From a virus (taxonomy: Duplodnaviria; Caudoviricetes), in the IMG/VR virus record IMGVR_UViG_3300010167_000010, positions 192,001 to 256,000 of that record: a stretch of 64,000 nt of DNA. The stretch is one strand, 5' to 3'. Under the pieces are notes generated by a model. It searched no databases. It was given only the letters and a program-made list of their open reading frames with translations, and was not told the DNA's origin. The position numbers were made by a program, and so were the translations under genes. Every line of letters starts with the position of its first letter. Position 1 is the first letter of the stretch. Positions 38,742 through 49,388 of this stretch are shown piece after piece.

Positions 38742-39806
38742 ATGTTTAATTTTGGCCTGAAGGAGAAAGAAAAAGTGAGCACGAACAGAGTTGTTCAAAA
38801 AACGCATCAGGGGAATTTTAAAAGTCCTCAACCCCAAACACCACCACCAAAACCTAGCAATAGAAAAATATCAGAATCTACTAAAACGTTTTTATCAAAA
38901 CATATGTTTATTGGTTGGATAGGTTTATTTATTTGTTTATGTGTAATTGCAGGATTTATTTTTGTCGGTTATAATATTATTGGAAGTGTCAAACAAGATT
39001 TTATAGAATTAAAATTAGAAACAGATAATCTTGTCGGTACTTGGAAAAATTCATTGGACGATTCGTTCGATTATTATAAATCATTACAGAGAGAAGAGGG
39101 CGCAGCAACAGCATTCAGATTATTCGGCCAAAATGCTATAGAAACATTTTATAGAAATAGACCTCCCTTTGGTAATTCTAGAAGATTGACTAATTCTGAA
39201 ATTGCAACTGTATTAGATTTAATTTGGAATTTATCTCGAAATGATAATTTTGTATTATCTGATCCAACATTAGCTTTAGCTTATATGATTGTAGAATCTG
39301 GTTTTGGCCCGACTGCAGTATCGCATGCGGGCGCGATGGGATTATTTCAATTTATGCCTTTTACAGCTGACGCAATGATGAGAGAATATTTTCCAAATGA
39401 ATATGATGAACGAATGAGAAGAAATATATTACATAATCCTAGAAATAGTATTTTATTTGATCCAGTGTGGTCTACACGATTATTTTTTGCTCATTACGAT
39501 TATTTATTCCGAATACATGATCATGCATTTGGTAATTCTGATTATGCAATAGAATATATCGCTTTAGCTTATAATGGTGGTCCAAATAGAGACACTATGG
39601 TTAGATTCGCTAGAGATAATAGACATCCAGATCAATTTGTTGCAACAGGTTTATGGCGCGGAGATGGAAATTCTTATAGATATGATCGCCTTATAAGACA
39701 GTGGTATGATAGATATAGACATGCTTGGGATGAAAGAAGAGTATCAATGTTAGAAGAATTTAATTATAGAGAAATAGAAATACTTATACTTTTTGATGTA
39801 GAATAA
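38742..39806 (+). CDS. Membrane-anchored lytic transglycosylase (SLT family)
   Basis: Transmembrane segment near aa 57-81; VESGF, GAMGLFQFMP, AYNGG. Confidence 0.88.
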   Translation: MFNFGLKEKEKVSTNRVVQKTHQGNFKSPQPQTPPPKPSNRKISESTKTFLSKHMFIGWIGLFICLCVIAGFIFVGYNIIGSVKQDFIELKLETDNLVGTWKNSLDDSFDYYKSLQREEGAATAFRLFGQNAIETFYRNRPPFGNSRRLTNSEIATVLDLIWNLSRNDNFVLSDPTLALAYMIVESGFGPTAVSHAGAMGLFQFMPFTADAMMREYFPNEYDERMRRNILHNPRNSILFDPVWSTRLFFAHYDYLFRIHDHAFGNSDYAIEYIALAYNGGPNRDTMVRFARDNRHPDQFVATGLWRGDGNSYRYDRLIRQWYDRYRHAWDERRVSMLEEFNYREIEILILFDVE

Positions 39807-39820
39807 GTTAATTTATATTT

Positions 39821-40123
39821 ATGAGATTAGAAGGAATATGGAATATAGAATATGTTCAAAAATTAGGCATTCTGGATCATTGTAATGAAATTAAAGTTAT
39901 TAATGATGAAATTATAAAAGCAAAAAATGGAGTCGGTACACCTCTTTTGATAAAAGAATTAAATGAATCTTTTGAAAAAGAGTGTATGGATTTATTATTA
40001 ATTTTATCTACTCATTTTGGGGTATGTCAACATATTACTTATAATATGGATAAAACTACCCCCCATAGAAATTTACTTGATGATAGATTAAAAAAATTCA
40101 AAGAAAAGGCCCTTAATGATTAA
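39821..40123 (+). CDS. Hypothetical protein
   Basis: 100 aa; AGTTAAT 8 nt upstream. Confidence 0.6.
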   Translation: MRLEGIWNIEYVQKLGILDHCNEIKVINDEIIKAKNGVGTPLLIKELNESFEKECMDLLLILSTHFGVCQHITYNMDKTTPHRNLLDDRLKKFKEKALND

Positions 40124-42272
40124 ATTACTTTCTCTAAATATAGAGAATTTTATGAACATAAAATCTGCCCAATTTGACTTTGATAAAAATATTATTATTT
40201 TAAGTGGTAAAAGTGGGCAAGGTAAATCAGCTGTATTTGACGCGATAGCTTTATGTATTTCTCAAAAGAAACGATCATCAACATATTCAGAATATGTAAA
40301 ACAAGGTTGTACCCATTCTAAAATTGTGCTTGATTGTATTATAAATAATGAATCAGTAAATTTTAATCTTCAAATAAATTTAATAAGAGGAACTCCTTAT
40401 CAAATGGAGTTAACTTATAAAGGAGAAAAATATCATAATACTGAAGCTGATGCAATATTAAAATCTTTTGATATAGAATATTATAGTGATATAATTTTTT
40501 CAATGCAATCAGACGATTATAGAGATATAACACAATTAAGTCCAACACAACGATCTCATTATTTACAACGATTATTAAATTTTGATTTTCAAAAACAGAA
40601 AGAAAAAATAAATAAAAGTTTAGAAGAGTTTAAAATTCAATTAACTAAAATTTCTACTGATATTTCTATTAAAGAACAATTTATAAAAAGAGAAAATGAA
40701 GAAAAAGAAGATTTGATAGAAATAATTTTAACAGATTCTGATATTAAAAAGTTACAAAATAGAATAATAGAAAAACAAGAAAAAATAAATTTATATCAAA
40801 AAAATCAAAACCAAGTTAATGAATTAAACAGTCAGAATAATAAAATATCTAATGAAATTTTACAATTAAATTTAAATAAAAATAAAATAAAGAATAAAAT
40901 AAATTTAATAAAAGAAAAAAAAGAACAATTTGAAGAAACAGAAAAAAAACTTATCAATACAAATAGTGAAATATTATCTTTAGAAACTAAAATTGAAGAT
41001 TTAATAAATCGTTTAGAAAAAAATGAATCGAGTGCATTTGAAGATAGGCAGGTCGAGTTTGAAGCAGCTAGACACATAACTTATTATAACAAACTTTTAA
41101 ACGAATACAAAAATTATGCTGTTTTAGAAGAACAAGATAAATGCCCAATGTGTGGTCAACAATTACAAGAACATTTACAAGAAGAATATAAAAGAATATT
41201 TTTAAATAAAGAAGATTATATTCACGGCTCAGGAAATGAAACTTTTACTGGTTCTACATTTAAAGAAAAAGTAGAAAGTATAACAGAATTATTACAAAAA
41301 TATACTACAGAAAAAGCTGAATATGAACTTAAAAAAGAATTACATCTTACACTAAATACTACACACGAAAAAGATAGAATAATTTCTGTTACTAAATTAG
41401 AAAAATTAAAAGAAGAAAAAATTATATTAGAAAAACAATTAAAAATTATAGAAGATAATTTTGATGATTCTTTAGATTTAGATTCAGAATTAAAAGTTAT
41501 AACTACTGAAATAAGTAATAAAAATAAAAAATTAGAAGAAATAGAAAAAGAAATAAATAATTTTAAAGTAGAAGATGTTACTCTTTTATCTAATGAAATA
41601 GTAAATGATACTAACATTATAAATAAATATTTTTCTGATCTTAAGATTAATGAGGATATTAAAAAACGAAATGATAAAAGATTAGAAAATATCAAATTAT
41701 TTGGAAGAGAGATAGAAAAGTTTAATTCTGAATCTAAAAATATAATTTCTGAACAAAATGTTTATGAGGATGCTCTTAATATATTAGAAAAAACTTTACC
41801 AAATTATATGGTAGTAAAGACATGCTCATCTTTACAAACAGAAATGAATACTTTTATTCAATCTATTTTTCCAAATTATGAAGTTCAATTAATCAATTCT
41901 AAAAAAGGATGCGAATTTTTTTATACTAAAGATAATACTATTGTAGAAAATACTAAGAAAAGAAATAATGCTTGGATAAATTCTAAAATGAGTTCAGGTT
42001 TTGAAAAAGCTCTTTTAACTACTTCGTTTAAAGTATCTCTTGCACAATTATATGGAATAAATATATTTATTGGGGATGAATTAGATGGAGCAGCTGATGA
42101 TGAATCTTCTGAAAAGTTTTTTGAAGAGCTTATAACTAATAATAATTTTGATCAATTATTTTTAATATCACATAAAAAGTTTATATGTCAACTTATTTCA
42201 GATAATGCTGAAAATAGTATTATATATACGGCTAATCAAGGAAAATTTACTATTACAGAAAATATTGATTAG
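40116..42272 (+). CDS. SbcC/Rad50/gp46-like recombination ATPase
   Basis: GKSGQGKS, long coiled coil with CPMC hook, SSGFEK signature, GDELDG, ISH. Confidence 0.92.
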   Translation: MIKLLSLNIENFMNIKSAQFDFDKNIIILSGKSGQGKSAVFDAIALCISQKKRSSTYSEYVKQGCTHSKIVLDCIINNESVNFNLQINLIRGTPYQMELTYKGEKYHNTEADAILKSFDIEYYSDIIFSMQSDDYRDITQLSPTQRSHYLQRLLNFDFQKQKEKINKSLEEFKIQLTKISTDISIKEQFIKRENEEKEDLIEIILTDSDIKKLQNRIIEKQEKINLYQKNQNQVNELNSQNNKISNEILQLNLNKNKIKNKINLIKEKKEQFEETEKKLINTNSEILSLETKIEDLINRLEKNESSAFEDRQVEFEAARHITYYNKLLNEYKNYAVLEEQDKCPMCGQQLQEHLQEEYKRIFLNKEDYIHGSGNETFTGSTFKEKVESITELLQKYTTEKAEYELKKELHLTLNTTHEKDRIISVTKLEKLKEEKIILEKQLKIIEDNFDDSLDLDSELKVITTEISNKNKKLEEIEKEINNFKVEDVTLLSNEIVNDTNIINKYFSDLKINEDIKKRNDKRLENIKLFGREIEKFNSESKNIISEQNVYEDALNILEKTLPNYMVVKTCSSLQTEMNTFIQSIFPNYEVQLINSKKGCEFFYTKDNTIVENTKKRNNAWINSKMSSGFEKALLTTSFKVSLAQLYGINIFIGDELDGAADDESSEKFFEELITNNNFDQLFLISHKKFICQLISDNAENSIIYTANQGKFTITENID

Positions 42273-42298
42273 TTAATGTAATAATATAGGAGTTTATA

Positions 42299-43279
42299 AT
42301 GATTATTACTAGAGCACCCTTCAGAATTTCTTTTTGTGGTGGTGGTTCTGATATACCTTATTTTTATAAAGAACATGGACCTGGTGCTGTTGTTTCAACA
42401 TCCATAAATAAATATATGTATTGTTCAGCACACCCATTATTTTTTAATGATGGATATCTTCTAAAATATAGCGAAATAGAAAATTGTTCTGATGTAAATA
42501 AAATAAATCATAAAATTATTAAAGAAGTATTTAAAGATTTTGGAATTAAAGGGATAGATTTTAATTCTTCAGCTGACATTCCAGCAGGTACTGGATTATC
42601 TTCTTCCTCTGCATTTACTTGTGCTATTATTCAATTATGTTCTGCATTGACAGAAAGATATTTGAAAAAAGAAGAAATTGCTGAAATGGCTTTTAATATT
42701 GAAGCTAATAAATTAGGTGCACCAATTGGTAAACAAGATCAATATGCTTCAGCTTTTGGTGGTTTAAATTATATAGAGTTTGGAAGAAACGGTCACGTTA
42801 TTGTAGAAAAGTTATTTATTTCAAAATTTGGTTTAGAACGATTACAAAACAATTTAAAATTATTTTATGTTGGAATGCCAAGAGATACGAATAAAGTTTT
42901 GTCTAAACAAAAAGATGAAGTTAAAAAAGACATAAATAAAATTAAACAACTTCGAGATATGGTAATATTAGCAAAAGAATTAAAAGACGAATTATTACAA
43001 AATAATATTGATGCTATGGGTGATTATCTTCATAGAAATTGGTTATTAAAACAACAATTAAACGGAGATTCTAAAAACGATTTAATAAATGAAATATATT
43101 TAGAAGGATTAAATGCAGGTGCATCTGGTGGTAAATTACTAGGTGCCGGTGGAGGTGGATTCATGTTATTTTATATAAAAGAACAATATCATAAATCTGT
43201 AAAAACTAAATTACAAAAATATTCAGAATTAGAATTTAAATTTGATTTTAAAGGTACTCAAACTATATTTTATGATTAA
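42299..43279 (+). CDS. hddA: GHMP sugar kinase, D-glycero-D-manno-heptose-7-phosphate kinase-like
   Basis: RAPFRISFCGGGSD, PAGTGLSSSSA, GKQDQY, KLLGAGGGGF. Confidence 0.85.
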   Translation: MIITRAPFRISFCGGGSDIPYFYKEHGPGAVVSTSINKYMYCSAHPLFFNDGYLLKYSEIENCSDVNKINHKIIKEVFKDFGIKGIDFNSSADIPAGTGLSSSSAFTCAIIQLCSALTERYLKKEEIAEMAFNIEANKLGAPIGKQDQYASAFGGLNYIEFGRNGHVIVEKLFISKFGLERLQNNLKLFYVGMPRDTNKVLSKQKDEVKKDINKIKQLRDMVILAKELKDELLQNNIDAMGDYLHRNWLLKQQLNGDSKNDLINEIYLEGLNAGASGGKLLGAGGGGFMLFYIKEQYHKSVKTKLQKYSELEFKFDFKGTQTIFYD

Positions 43280-43970
43280 ATCTATTCCTAAAATAATCCA
43301 TTATATTTGGATGGGTGATCAATCTAAATTAGAAAAATATTCTCAAAATATTGAAACTTGGAAAATCAAAAATCCAGATTATAATTTAATTTTATGGGAC
43401 GAAACACAGTTTTTAAAATATGACAATGCTAAGTTTTATATAGACAGAGGTTATTTTTCACAAGCTTCAGATTTAATGAGATTTAGCATATTAAAAGATC
43501 ACGGCGGTTGGTATTTAGATACAGATGTTATTTGTCATAAATCTTTAAACGATTTTTTAAATAAAGAATTTGTTATAGGTTATTCAGCTTTTAATTTTAT
43601 AAATTTTACTATAATTGGTGCAGTTCCAAATAATGAATATATAACTGAATTATTTAATTGTTTTAATAAATATACTATCCCTACTGAAAGATTAGAAATA
43701 GAATTAAATTATAAAAATAAAAAATACATAATACCAAATTCGAGTGATTTTATTGGGACTAAGTTTTTAGAAATATATGATCCCAATTTTAAAGCTTACC
43801 CAGAAGATTATTTTTTAAATAATGACGGAAATAAACAAATAACACATAATACGTATTGTGAGCATATATTAGAAAAAATAGAAATATTTGATAAAATAGA
43901 TATTTCTCAATTACAAAAATCTAATATGACTTTAAGAGACATCAAAGAATATTATATGAAAATGGGTTGA
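43272..43970 (+). CDS. Glycosyltransferase family 32 (DxD)
   Basis: IPKIIHYIW, SDLMRFSIL, GGWYLDTDV; ATG at 43272. Confidence 0.85.
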   Translation: MIKSIPKIIHYIWMGDQSKLEKYSQNIETWKIKNPDYNLILWDETQFLKYDNAKFYIDRGYFSQASDLMRFSILKDHGGWYLDTDVICHKSLNDFLNKEFVIGYSAFNFINFTIIGAVPNNEYITELFNCFNKYTIPTERLEIELNYKNKKYIIPNSSDFIGTKFLEIYDPNFKAYPEDYFLNNDGNKQITHNTYCEHILEKIEIFDKIDISQLQKSNMTLRDIKEYYMKMG

Positions 43971-44003
43971 AATAATCTTATATAATATTATAGGAGAAAT
44001 GTT

Positions 44004-44582
44004 ATGAAAAAGTATTTTATTTTCTTAATTTTAATTGTTGTCGCATATTTTTGTTTTCTTTTCTATTCTACAAATAATAAACAAGAACAAATTATTATAT
44101 CACATAATGTAATTGAACGTTCATTTCCAGTTTTTAGAATGGCTTCATATCAAATTAATTATACTGGAAGAATCTATGTAAATGGAACAGATAGAATTGT
44201 ATTCAATATTCCAACCGGTGGGTATACAGTTCGTATAGATTATGATGCAGAAATTTTAATTGGAACTAAAACACATCCTCGTGTCAACATGAGAGATAAT
44301 ATAATAGAATTAGATTTTACAGATGTAAGATTAGAAGTATTAGCTGTTACCCCGACTAGAATGGAATTAGTAAATAGTGGAGTATCTGGGTGGAGATGGG
44401 TAAGAGGCGGCGGTATACCAATTCAAGCTGGATTATTCGACCCTTTTATTGAAACTATAAATAATGCCCCTGAAGTTTTAAATTATAATGAAGAAATACA
44501 ACAACGAGCTTTAGAAAGTTTAATTCAATCTTTTTTAGATTTTTATTCAATATTTAATTTTGAGGTAGAAATTGTCAATTAA
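44004..44582 (+). CDS. Membrane-anchored protein, DUF4230-like
   Basis: N-terminal transmembrane segment; IDYDAEILIG pattern; AGGAG SD. Confidence 0.45.
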   Translation: MKKYFIFLILIVVAYFCFLFYSTNNKQEQIIISHNVIERSFPVFRMASYQINYTGRIYVNGTDRIVFNIPTGGYTVRIDYDAEILIGTKTHPRVNMRDNIIELDFTDVRLEVLAVTPTRMELVNSGVSGWRWVRGGGIPIQAGLFDPFIETINNAPEVLNYNEEIQQRALESLIQSFLDFYSIFNFEVEIVN

Positions 44583-44907
44583 ATTAGGAGATAAATTTTA
44601 TAAATTCGAATTATTAGATAAAAAAGATAATTATGATTTTAAATTATATTTTGTAACTTATATTGTAACCCATAAAGATAATGTTAGATGCACATTACAA
44701 AATTCTGTTACATTAAAACATCGAATAAGTTTATTAGATATAGATAAAATAAAAGAAGAATATGGGACAAATATGGAAGAAGCTTTTCGGCTCTTTGAAG
44801 AAGAATGTGATTGGAGAATTAAAGACTATTATGATAAAATCAACGAATATAAAGATAAGCTTTATGAAGCTTTAGAAATTACTTTAAAAAGTGTTAATTT
44901 AAAATAA
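44572..44907 (+). CDS. Hypothetical protein
   Basis: 111 aa, TTG start with GAGG SD. Confidence 0.55.
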   Translation: MSIKLGDKFYKFELLDKKDNYDFKLYFVTYIVTHKDNVRCTLQNSVTLKHRISLLDIDKIKEEYGTNMEEAFRLFEEECDWRIKDYYDKINEYKDKLYEALEITLKSVNLK

Positions 44908-46239
44908 ATGAATAACAATATACAACTTCCAAACGAATTTTCTTGGATAGATTTATCAAATAAAGCCTTTACTGATGCTTTAGATTTATGTCTTAATTCT
45001 CAACGAAATCTTTTTATTCAAGGAAAAGCTGGAGTAGGAAAATCGCAACTTATTAAAATAATAGCATCAATGTGTAAAAATGTAGTAGTATTAAGTACTA
45101 CCGGTACAACTGCAATAGAATTATGTTCAGATCAAATAGCAGCAAAAACTATTCACTCATTTTTATCTATTCCCCCGAGACCAATATTTGAGCATTCTGA
45201 TCTTCAATTTATTAGTAATAAACATCGTCAAATATTAAATAAAGCTGAAATAATAATTATAGATGAAGTATCAATGATGAGTAATAATCTTTTCGATTTT
45301 TTATGTAAAAAAATATTATATAAAAGATACGATAAACAAATACCTAGGATGATTTTATTTGGTGATGTAATGCAATTACCACCAGTCATAGAAAACAATC
45401 AAATAATTGTAGATTTTTATAAAAATAATTATAATGGAAAAATTATGTTTTTTAATAGTGATTCTTTTAAAGATTTAAACTTTAAAACTGTTATGTTAAG
45501 AAAATCTTTCCGACAAAAAGATGAAGAATTTGCTGAACGGCTATTAGAAGTTGGGTTTAGAGATCATACCCAAGAAACTCTCGAATATTTTAATCAAAAA
45601 GTAATGTCTTTAAATCAATATGAAAAAAATATTAAACAGTATATGTATATGGCTCCAGCTAATAGAATTGTAGATAAAATGAATGAAGATTATATTAGGC
45701 AATTAAAGGGAAAAAGTCAAAAATATAAAGCTGAAATGTCTAAAACTTATCCAAAAGAAAAAGCTGCCAATAATGACAATGTAGAAATAAAAGTTGGCTC
45801 ACAAGTAATGTGTGTAACGAATTCTTTAGATACAAAAAATTCTGAATTAAATTATACTAATGGGATGATTGGAGAAGTTCTTGATTTAGATCTAACAAGT
45901 GTAACTATACAATTAGCAGATGGTACAACTAGAAATATTGGACGAACTACAATATATCATTATGATTTACAATTAGATTCCGCAGGTAATATAGAATATG
46001 TTCCAACTGGATGGTATAAACAAATAGATTGTAAAATAGCTAGAGGAATTACTATTCATAAAAGTCAAGGAAAAACATTAGATAACGCCTATATATCTTT
46101 ACAAAATTGGACACCTCCAGGTTTAGTATACGTTGGTCTTTCAAGACTTAGAACTTTTAATGGATTGGGTTTATCGAGACCACTAAAAGAAAGTGATATA
46201 ATAGTTAATCAAGAGTCGTACGATTTCTTAACAAATTAA
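44908..46239 (+). CDS. Pif1/RecD-like SF1B helicase
   Basis: GKAGVGKS, TIHSFL, IDEVSM, GDVMQLPPV, TIHKSQGKTL, YVGLSR. Confidence 0.93.
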   Translation: MNNNIQLPNEFSWIDLSNKAFTDALDLCLNSQRNLFIQGKAGVGKSQLIKIIASMCKNVVVLSTTGTTAIELCSDQIAAKTIHSFLSIPPRPIFEHSDLQFISNKHRQILNKAEIIIIDEVSMMSNNLFDFLCKKILYKRYDKQIPRMILFGDVMQLPPVIENNQIIVDFYKNNYNGKIMFFNSDSFKDLNFKTVMLRKSFRQKDEEFAERLLEVGFRDHTQETLEYFNQKVMSLNQYEKNIKQYMYMAPANRIVDKMNEDYIRQLKGKSQKYKAEMSKTYPKEKAANNDNVEIKVGSQVMCVTNSLDTKNSELNYTNGMIGEVLDLDLTSVTIQLADGTTRNIGRTTIYHYDLQLDSAGNIEYVPTGWYKQIDCKIARGITIHKSQGKTLDNAYISLQNWTPPGLVYVGLSRLRTFNGLGLSRPLKESDIIVNQESYDFLTN

Positions 46240-46249
46240 AGGATAAATT

Positions 46250-46675
46250 ATGGGAATAGAAGAAGACTTTGTTGAAGATAAATCAATACCAGTTTTTTCT
46301 GGTTATGCAATTAGAGTACGATTACCTGATCAACCAAGTTTAAGTCCTCAGGGAAAACATATTGTAATTCAAGGTGAACCACAATATGATGCTTGTTTTA
46401 CTATTACATTTCCAGAATGGGCTCACAAAATTTATATGGGTAAAAATCAAGAATTAGAAGTTTTAGGTGCTGATTTAGAAAAAGATATGATAGTATTATT
46501 TAATAATTATCATGCTAAAATTTGGGAAATAAATAAAGAACAATTATATCATGGAATGATGACTCAACAAATAGAAATAGGTTATCCTACTTCTGAAAAA
46601 ATACCTCGATATAAATTTACTAAAAAATATTTAGATAATAATATTGAATGGAGTTATGAAGTAATTTCAAAATAG
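46250..46675 (+). CDS. Hypothetical protein
   Basis: 141 aa; AGGA SD. Confidence 0.6.
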   Translation: MGIEEDFVEDKSIPVFSGYAIRVRLPDQPSLSPQGKHIVIQGEPQYDACFTITFPEWAHKIYMGKNQELEVLGADLEKDMIVLFNNYHAKIWEINKEQLYHGMMTQQIEIGYPTSEKIPRYKFTKKYLDNNIEWSYEVISK

Positions 46676-46694
46676 AATTACTTCACTAAATAAT

Positions 46695-49025
46695 ATGAAA
46701 ATTTCTATTATAACTCCAGTTAAAGACATAAAAAAATCTTTTTTAGAAGGTGCTATTCATTCTGTATTAAATCAATCATTTGAAGATTATGAATTACTTA
46801 TTATTTATGATAAAAATGATAATAAATCTAAAGAAGACTTAGAAGAATATAAAAAATTTAAAAAAATTAAAATTTTAGAGTCTCCTGGTAACGAATTAAC
46901 TACTGCATTAAATTTTGGTATAGAAAATGCTGAAGGTGATTTAATTGCTCGTTTTGATGCAGATGATATAATGTTATCTGAAAGACTATTATTACAACAT
47001 AATTTATTTGAACAAAATCCGCAGCTTAATTTATGTGCTGGAGATGCAGCAATTATTGATGATACTTCTAATTTAACTGGCTCTGGATTATTATCTACAC
47101 CTAATTTAGAAAGATTATATGAAAGATGTTGTATAGTTCATCCAACTGTAATGTGGAGAAAAAAATATTTTAATGATAATAATCTAAAATATAGAAAAGA
47201 ATATGAACATGCAGAAGATTATGATTTATGGTTCCAATATATTAAAACTTCTAACCCAACTTATATAGCTATAAATAAACCTTTAATTCATTATAGATTA
47301 AGAAGTAATAATTCTACAGCTAAAAATTTTCAAAAAGGAAAAGAATGTAGTAGAAAAATTTTAAAAGATAATAATGTAACTCCTTATGTATCTGTTATAT
47401 TTATTGGTGAAGAAAGTAACAAGCAAGCCAGTATTGATTCTTTAGAAAATGGAAATTATTTTAATTATGAAATAGTAAAAACTATGAATGAAGCAAAAGG
47501 AAAATATATTTCATTTTTAAAATATAAAAATGCTATAAATAGATTAGATAGACAAATTCAAATATTGGAAAGAGATAAAAAATTAGTTGGTGTAGGTTCT
47601 TTTATAAAAACGGAAAAAGGTACATTTTTTTATACTTCAGAACCACATGTTATAGAATCTGAATTATTAAAAGGTCATATTGTAATAGAACCAGGAACTT
47701 TTACTTTTAGGAATGTATTAAATCTTCATGGTGGATTTTCTGATGATAATATATTCAGCTTTTATTGTAGTTTATTAGAATTTGGAAAATTAGGAAATTG
47801 TCCAGAATTATTAGTAGAAGAAAAAAATTATAAACCAATACCAAATGATAATTTAGTAGAAAGAATTAAATTTGCTAAAAGTAAATATAAAGATATAATA
47901 AATATTGTTCATCTTAATATAACGTCTGAAGGAAATATTTCTGGTGTTGATAGATATATTAAAACTTTAGAAGATAATTATCCAAACTATGTTAGATCTT
48001 CTCGAATTACATTTGTTTCATCTAATAAGATTGAATGGAAATTAAACCCATACCATACTTTAATTTATTATAATCCAGATAAAACTAAATTAGAAAACTT
48101 ATACGATCAATTTTGGGATAATCTTGCCGACTTATTTACTAATAGACATAACTTAATTATTCAATCTAATTGTTTAAATCTTTATTCTTTAATAACTTAT
48201 ATTAAAAGAAAAATTAGATGTGTGCATTTATGCGCAATGCATTGTGTTCCTTTTAGGGAAGTTATTAGATTTGATAGAAAAAAATATGAAGAATTAAATA
48301 TTTTATATGAAGATATTAGTAAAGATTTTATAGAAACTCCAGAACATATTGCAGCCTTATCATTAGCAGATCATGTTATTTTAAATACTAAAGATTCAGA
48401 ACAATATTTTAATAGGGTAGGATTTTTAACTCCTTATACTGTTATCCATAATGGGATAGAAAAAATAGAACGTAAACAACATAATTCTGAATTTAAATTT
48501 ATATTTGTTGGTCATGGTTCGCCCCTTAAAGGACTTGACCAATTATTACCAATTATAGAAGAAGTATCTCAAACACATAAATTTAAAGTAATTTGGGTTG
48601 GTAGTCCGGACCAAAAATTATTAGAAATAATTAAAAAGAAAAACTTGCCAATAGAAGTTAAAGGAGTTATTTCACCAGAAGAATTAAATAAATTGTATTC
48701 TGAAGTAGATTGTTCTTTAATAGCTTCAGCTTGTGAAACATGTTCTTATGCAGCAATAGAAGCATTAAGTGCTGAATTACCAATTATATCTACAAAATCC
48801 CCAGGGCTTACAGAAATAGTAGAAAATGTTGGTCTTTTAATTGATATAGATAAATCTGGAATATTAAATAAAGATCAATATAAAAAAGCTATGATTAGTG
48901 TTTTAGAAAATGAGCAATTAAGATTAGATATGTCAGCAGCATCGCTTAAAAAGTATCAACAGTATTCAGTTAGAAATTTAATCAATAATTCAGTTAAGCT
49001 TTATGAAGAATTATTAGGAAAATAA
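46695..49025 (+). CDS. Multidomain glycosyltransferase (GT2 + degenerate GT2 + GT4/GT-B)
   Basis: ISIITPV, ARFDADD, HPTVM, EDYDLW; second SVI..RLDRQ; SGVDRY, IHNGI, ETCSYAAIEALS. Confidence 0.88.
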   Translation: MKISIITPVKDIKKSFLEGAIHSVLNQSFEDYELLIIYDKNDNKSKEDLEEYKKFKKIKILESPGNELTTALNFGIENAEGDLIARFDADDIMLSERLLLQHNLFEQNPQLNLCAGDAAIIDDTSNLTGSGLLSTPNLERLYERCCIVHPTVMWRKKYFNDNNLKYRKEYEHAEDYDLWFQYIKTSNPTYIAINKPLIHYRLRSNNSTAKNFQKGKECSRKILKDNNVTPYVSVIFIGEESNKQASIDSLENGNYFNYEIVKTMNEAKGKYISFLKYKNAINRLDRQIQILERDKKLVGVGSFIKTEKGTFFYTSEPHVIESELLKGHIVIEPGTFTFRNVLNLHGGFSDDNIFSFYCSLLEFGKLGNCPELLVEEKNYKPIPNDNLVERIKFAKSKYKDIINIVHLNITSEGNISGVDRYIKTLEDNYPNYVRSSRITFVSSNKIEWKLNPYHTLIYYNPDKTKLENLYDQFWDNLADLFTNRHNLIIQSNCLNLYSLITYIKRKIRCVHLCAMHCVPFREVIRFDRKKYEELNILYEDISKDFIETPEHIAALSLADHVILNTKDSEQYFNRVGFLTPYTVIHNGIEKIERKQHNSEFKFIFVGHGSPLKGLDQLLPIIEEVSQTHKFKVIWVGSPDQKLLEIIKKKNLPIEVKGVISPEELNKLYSEVDCSLIASACETCSYAAIEALSAELPIISTKSPGLTEIVENVGLLIDIDKSGILNKDQYKKAMISVLENEQLRLDMSAASLKKYQQYSVRNLINNSVKLYEELLGK

Positions 49026-49026
49026 T

Positions 49027-49377
49027 ATGGATTTAAATGACTTCAAAGAAGATTTAGGAATAGAATTAAATAAAGAAACTAAAATACGATCAGAAAAACG
49101 ATATACTGTTGTAGTAGAACTGGTTCATAAAAATAAAAGATATGCTTTCAATTCTGGAACACCAATAATAGATCCAGAAAAAGCAAAAGAAAGTGTATTA
49201 TCTAAAATAAATTTTAATATTACTGATGATGATGATTTGATAACTTTTAGATGTATTGAAATTATTTATGCTACTGTACCAATTGAAACTGTGCTTACTG
49301 GTACAAAATATGAGATGCAGGCAATTGCATCTAAATGGTTATCTCCTGAAGAATTAAAAAGTTTAATTAAAAGCTAA
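49027..49377 (+). CDS. Hypothetical protein
   Basis: 116 aa in operon. Confidence 0.6.
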   Translation: MDLNDFKEDLGIELNKETKIRSEKRYTVVVELVHKNKRYAFNSGTPIIDPEKAKESVLSKINFNITDDDDLITFRCIEIIYATVPIETVLTGTKYEMQAIASKWLSPEELKSLIKS

Positions 49378-49388
49378 ACTAAATATAC

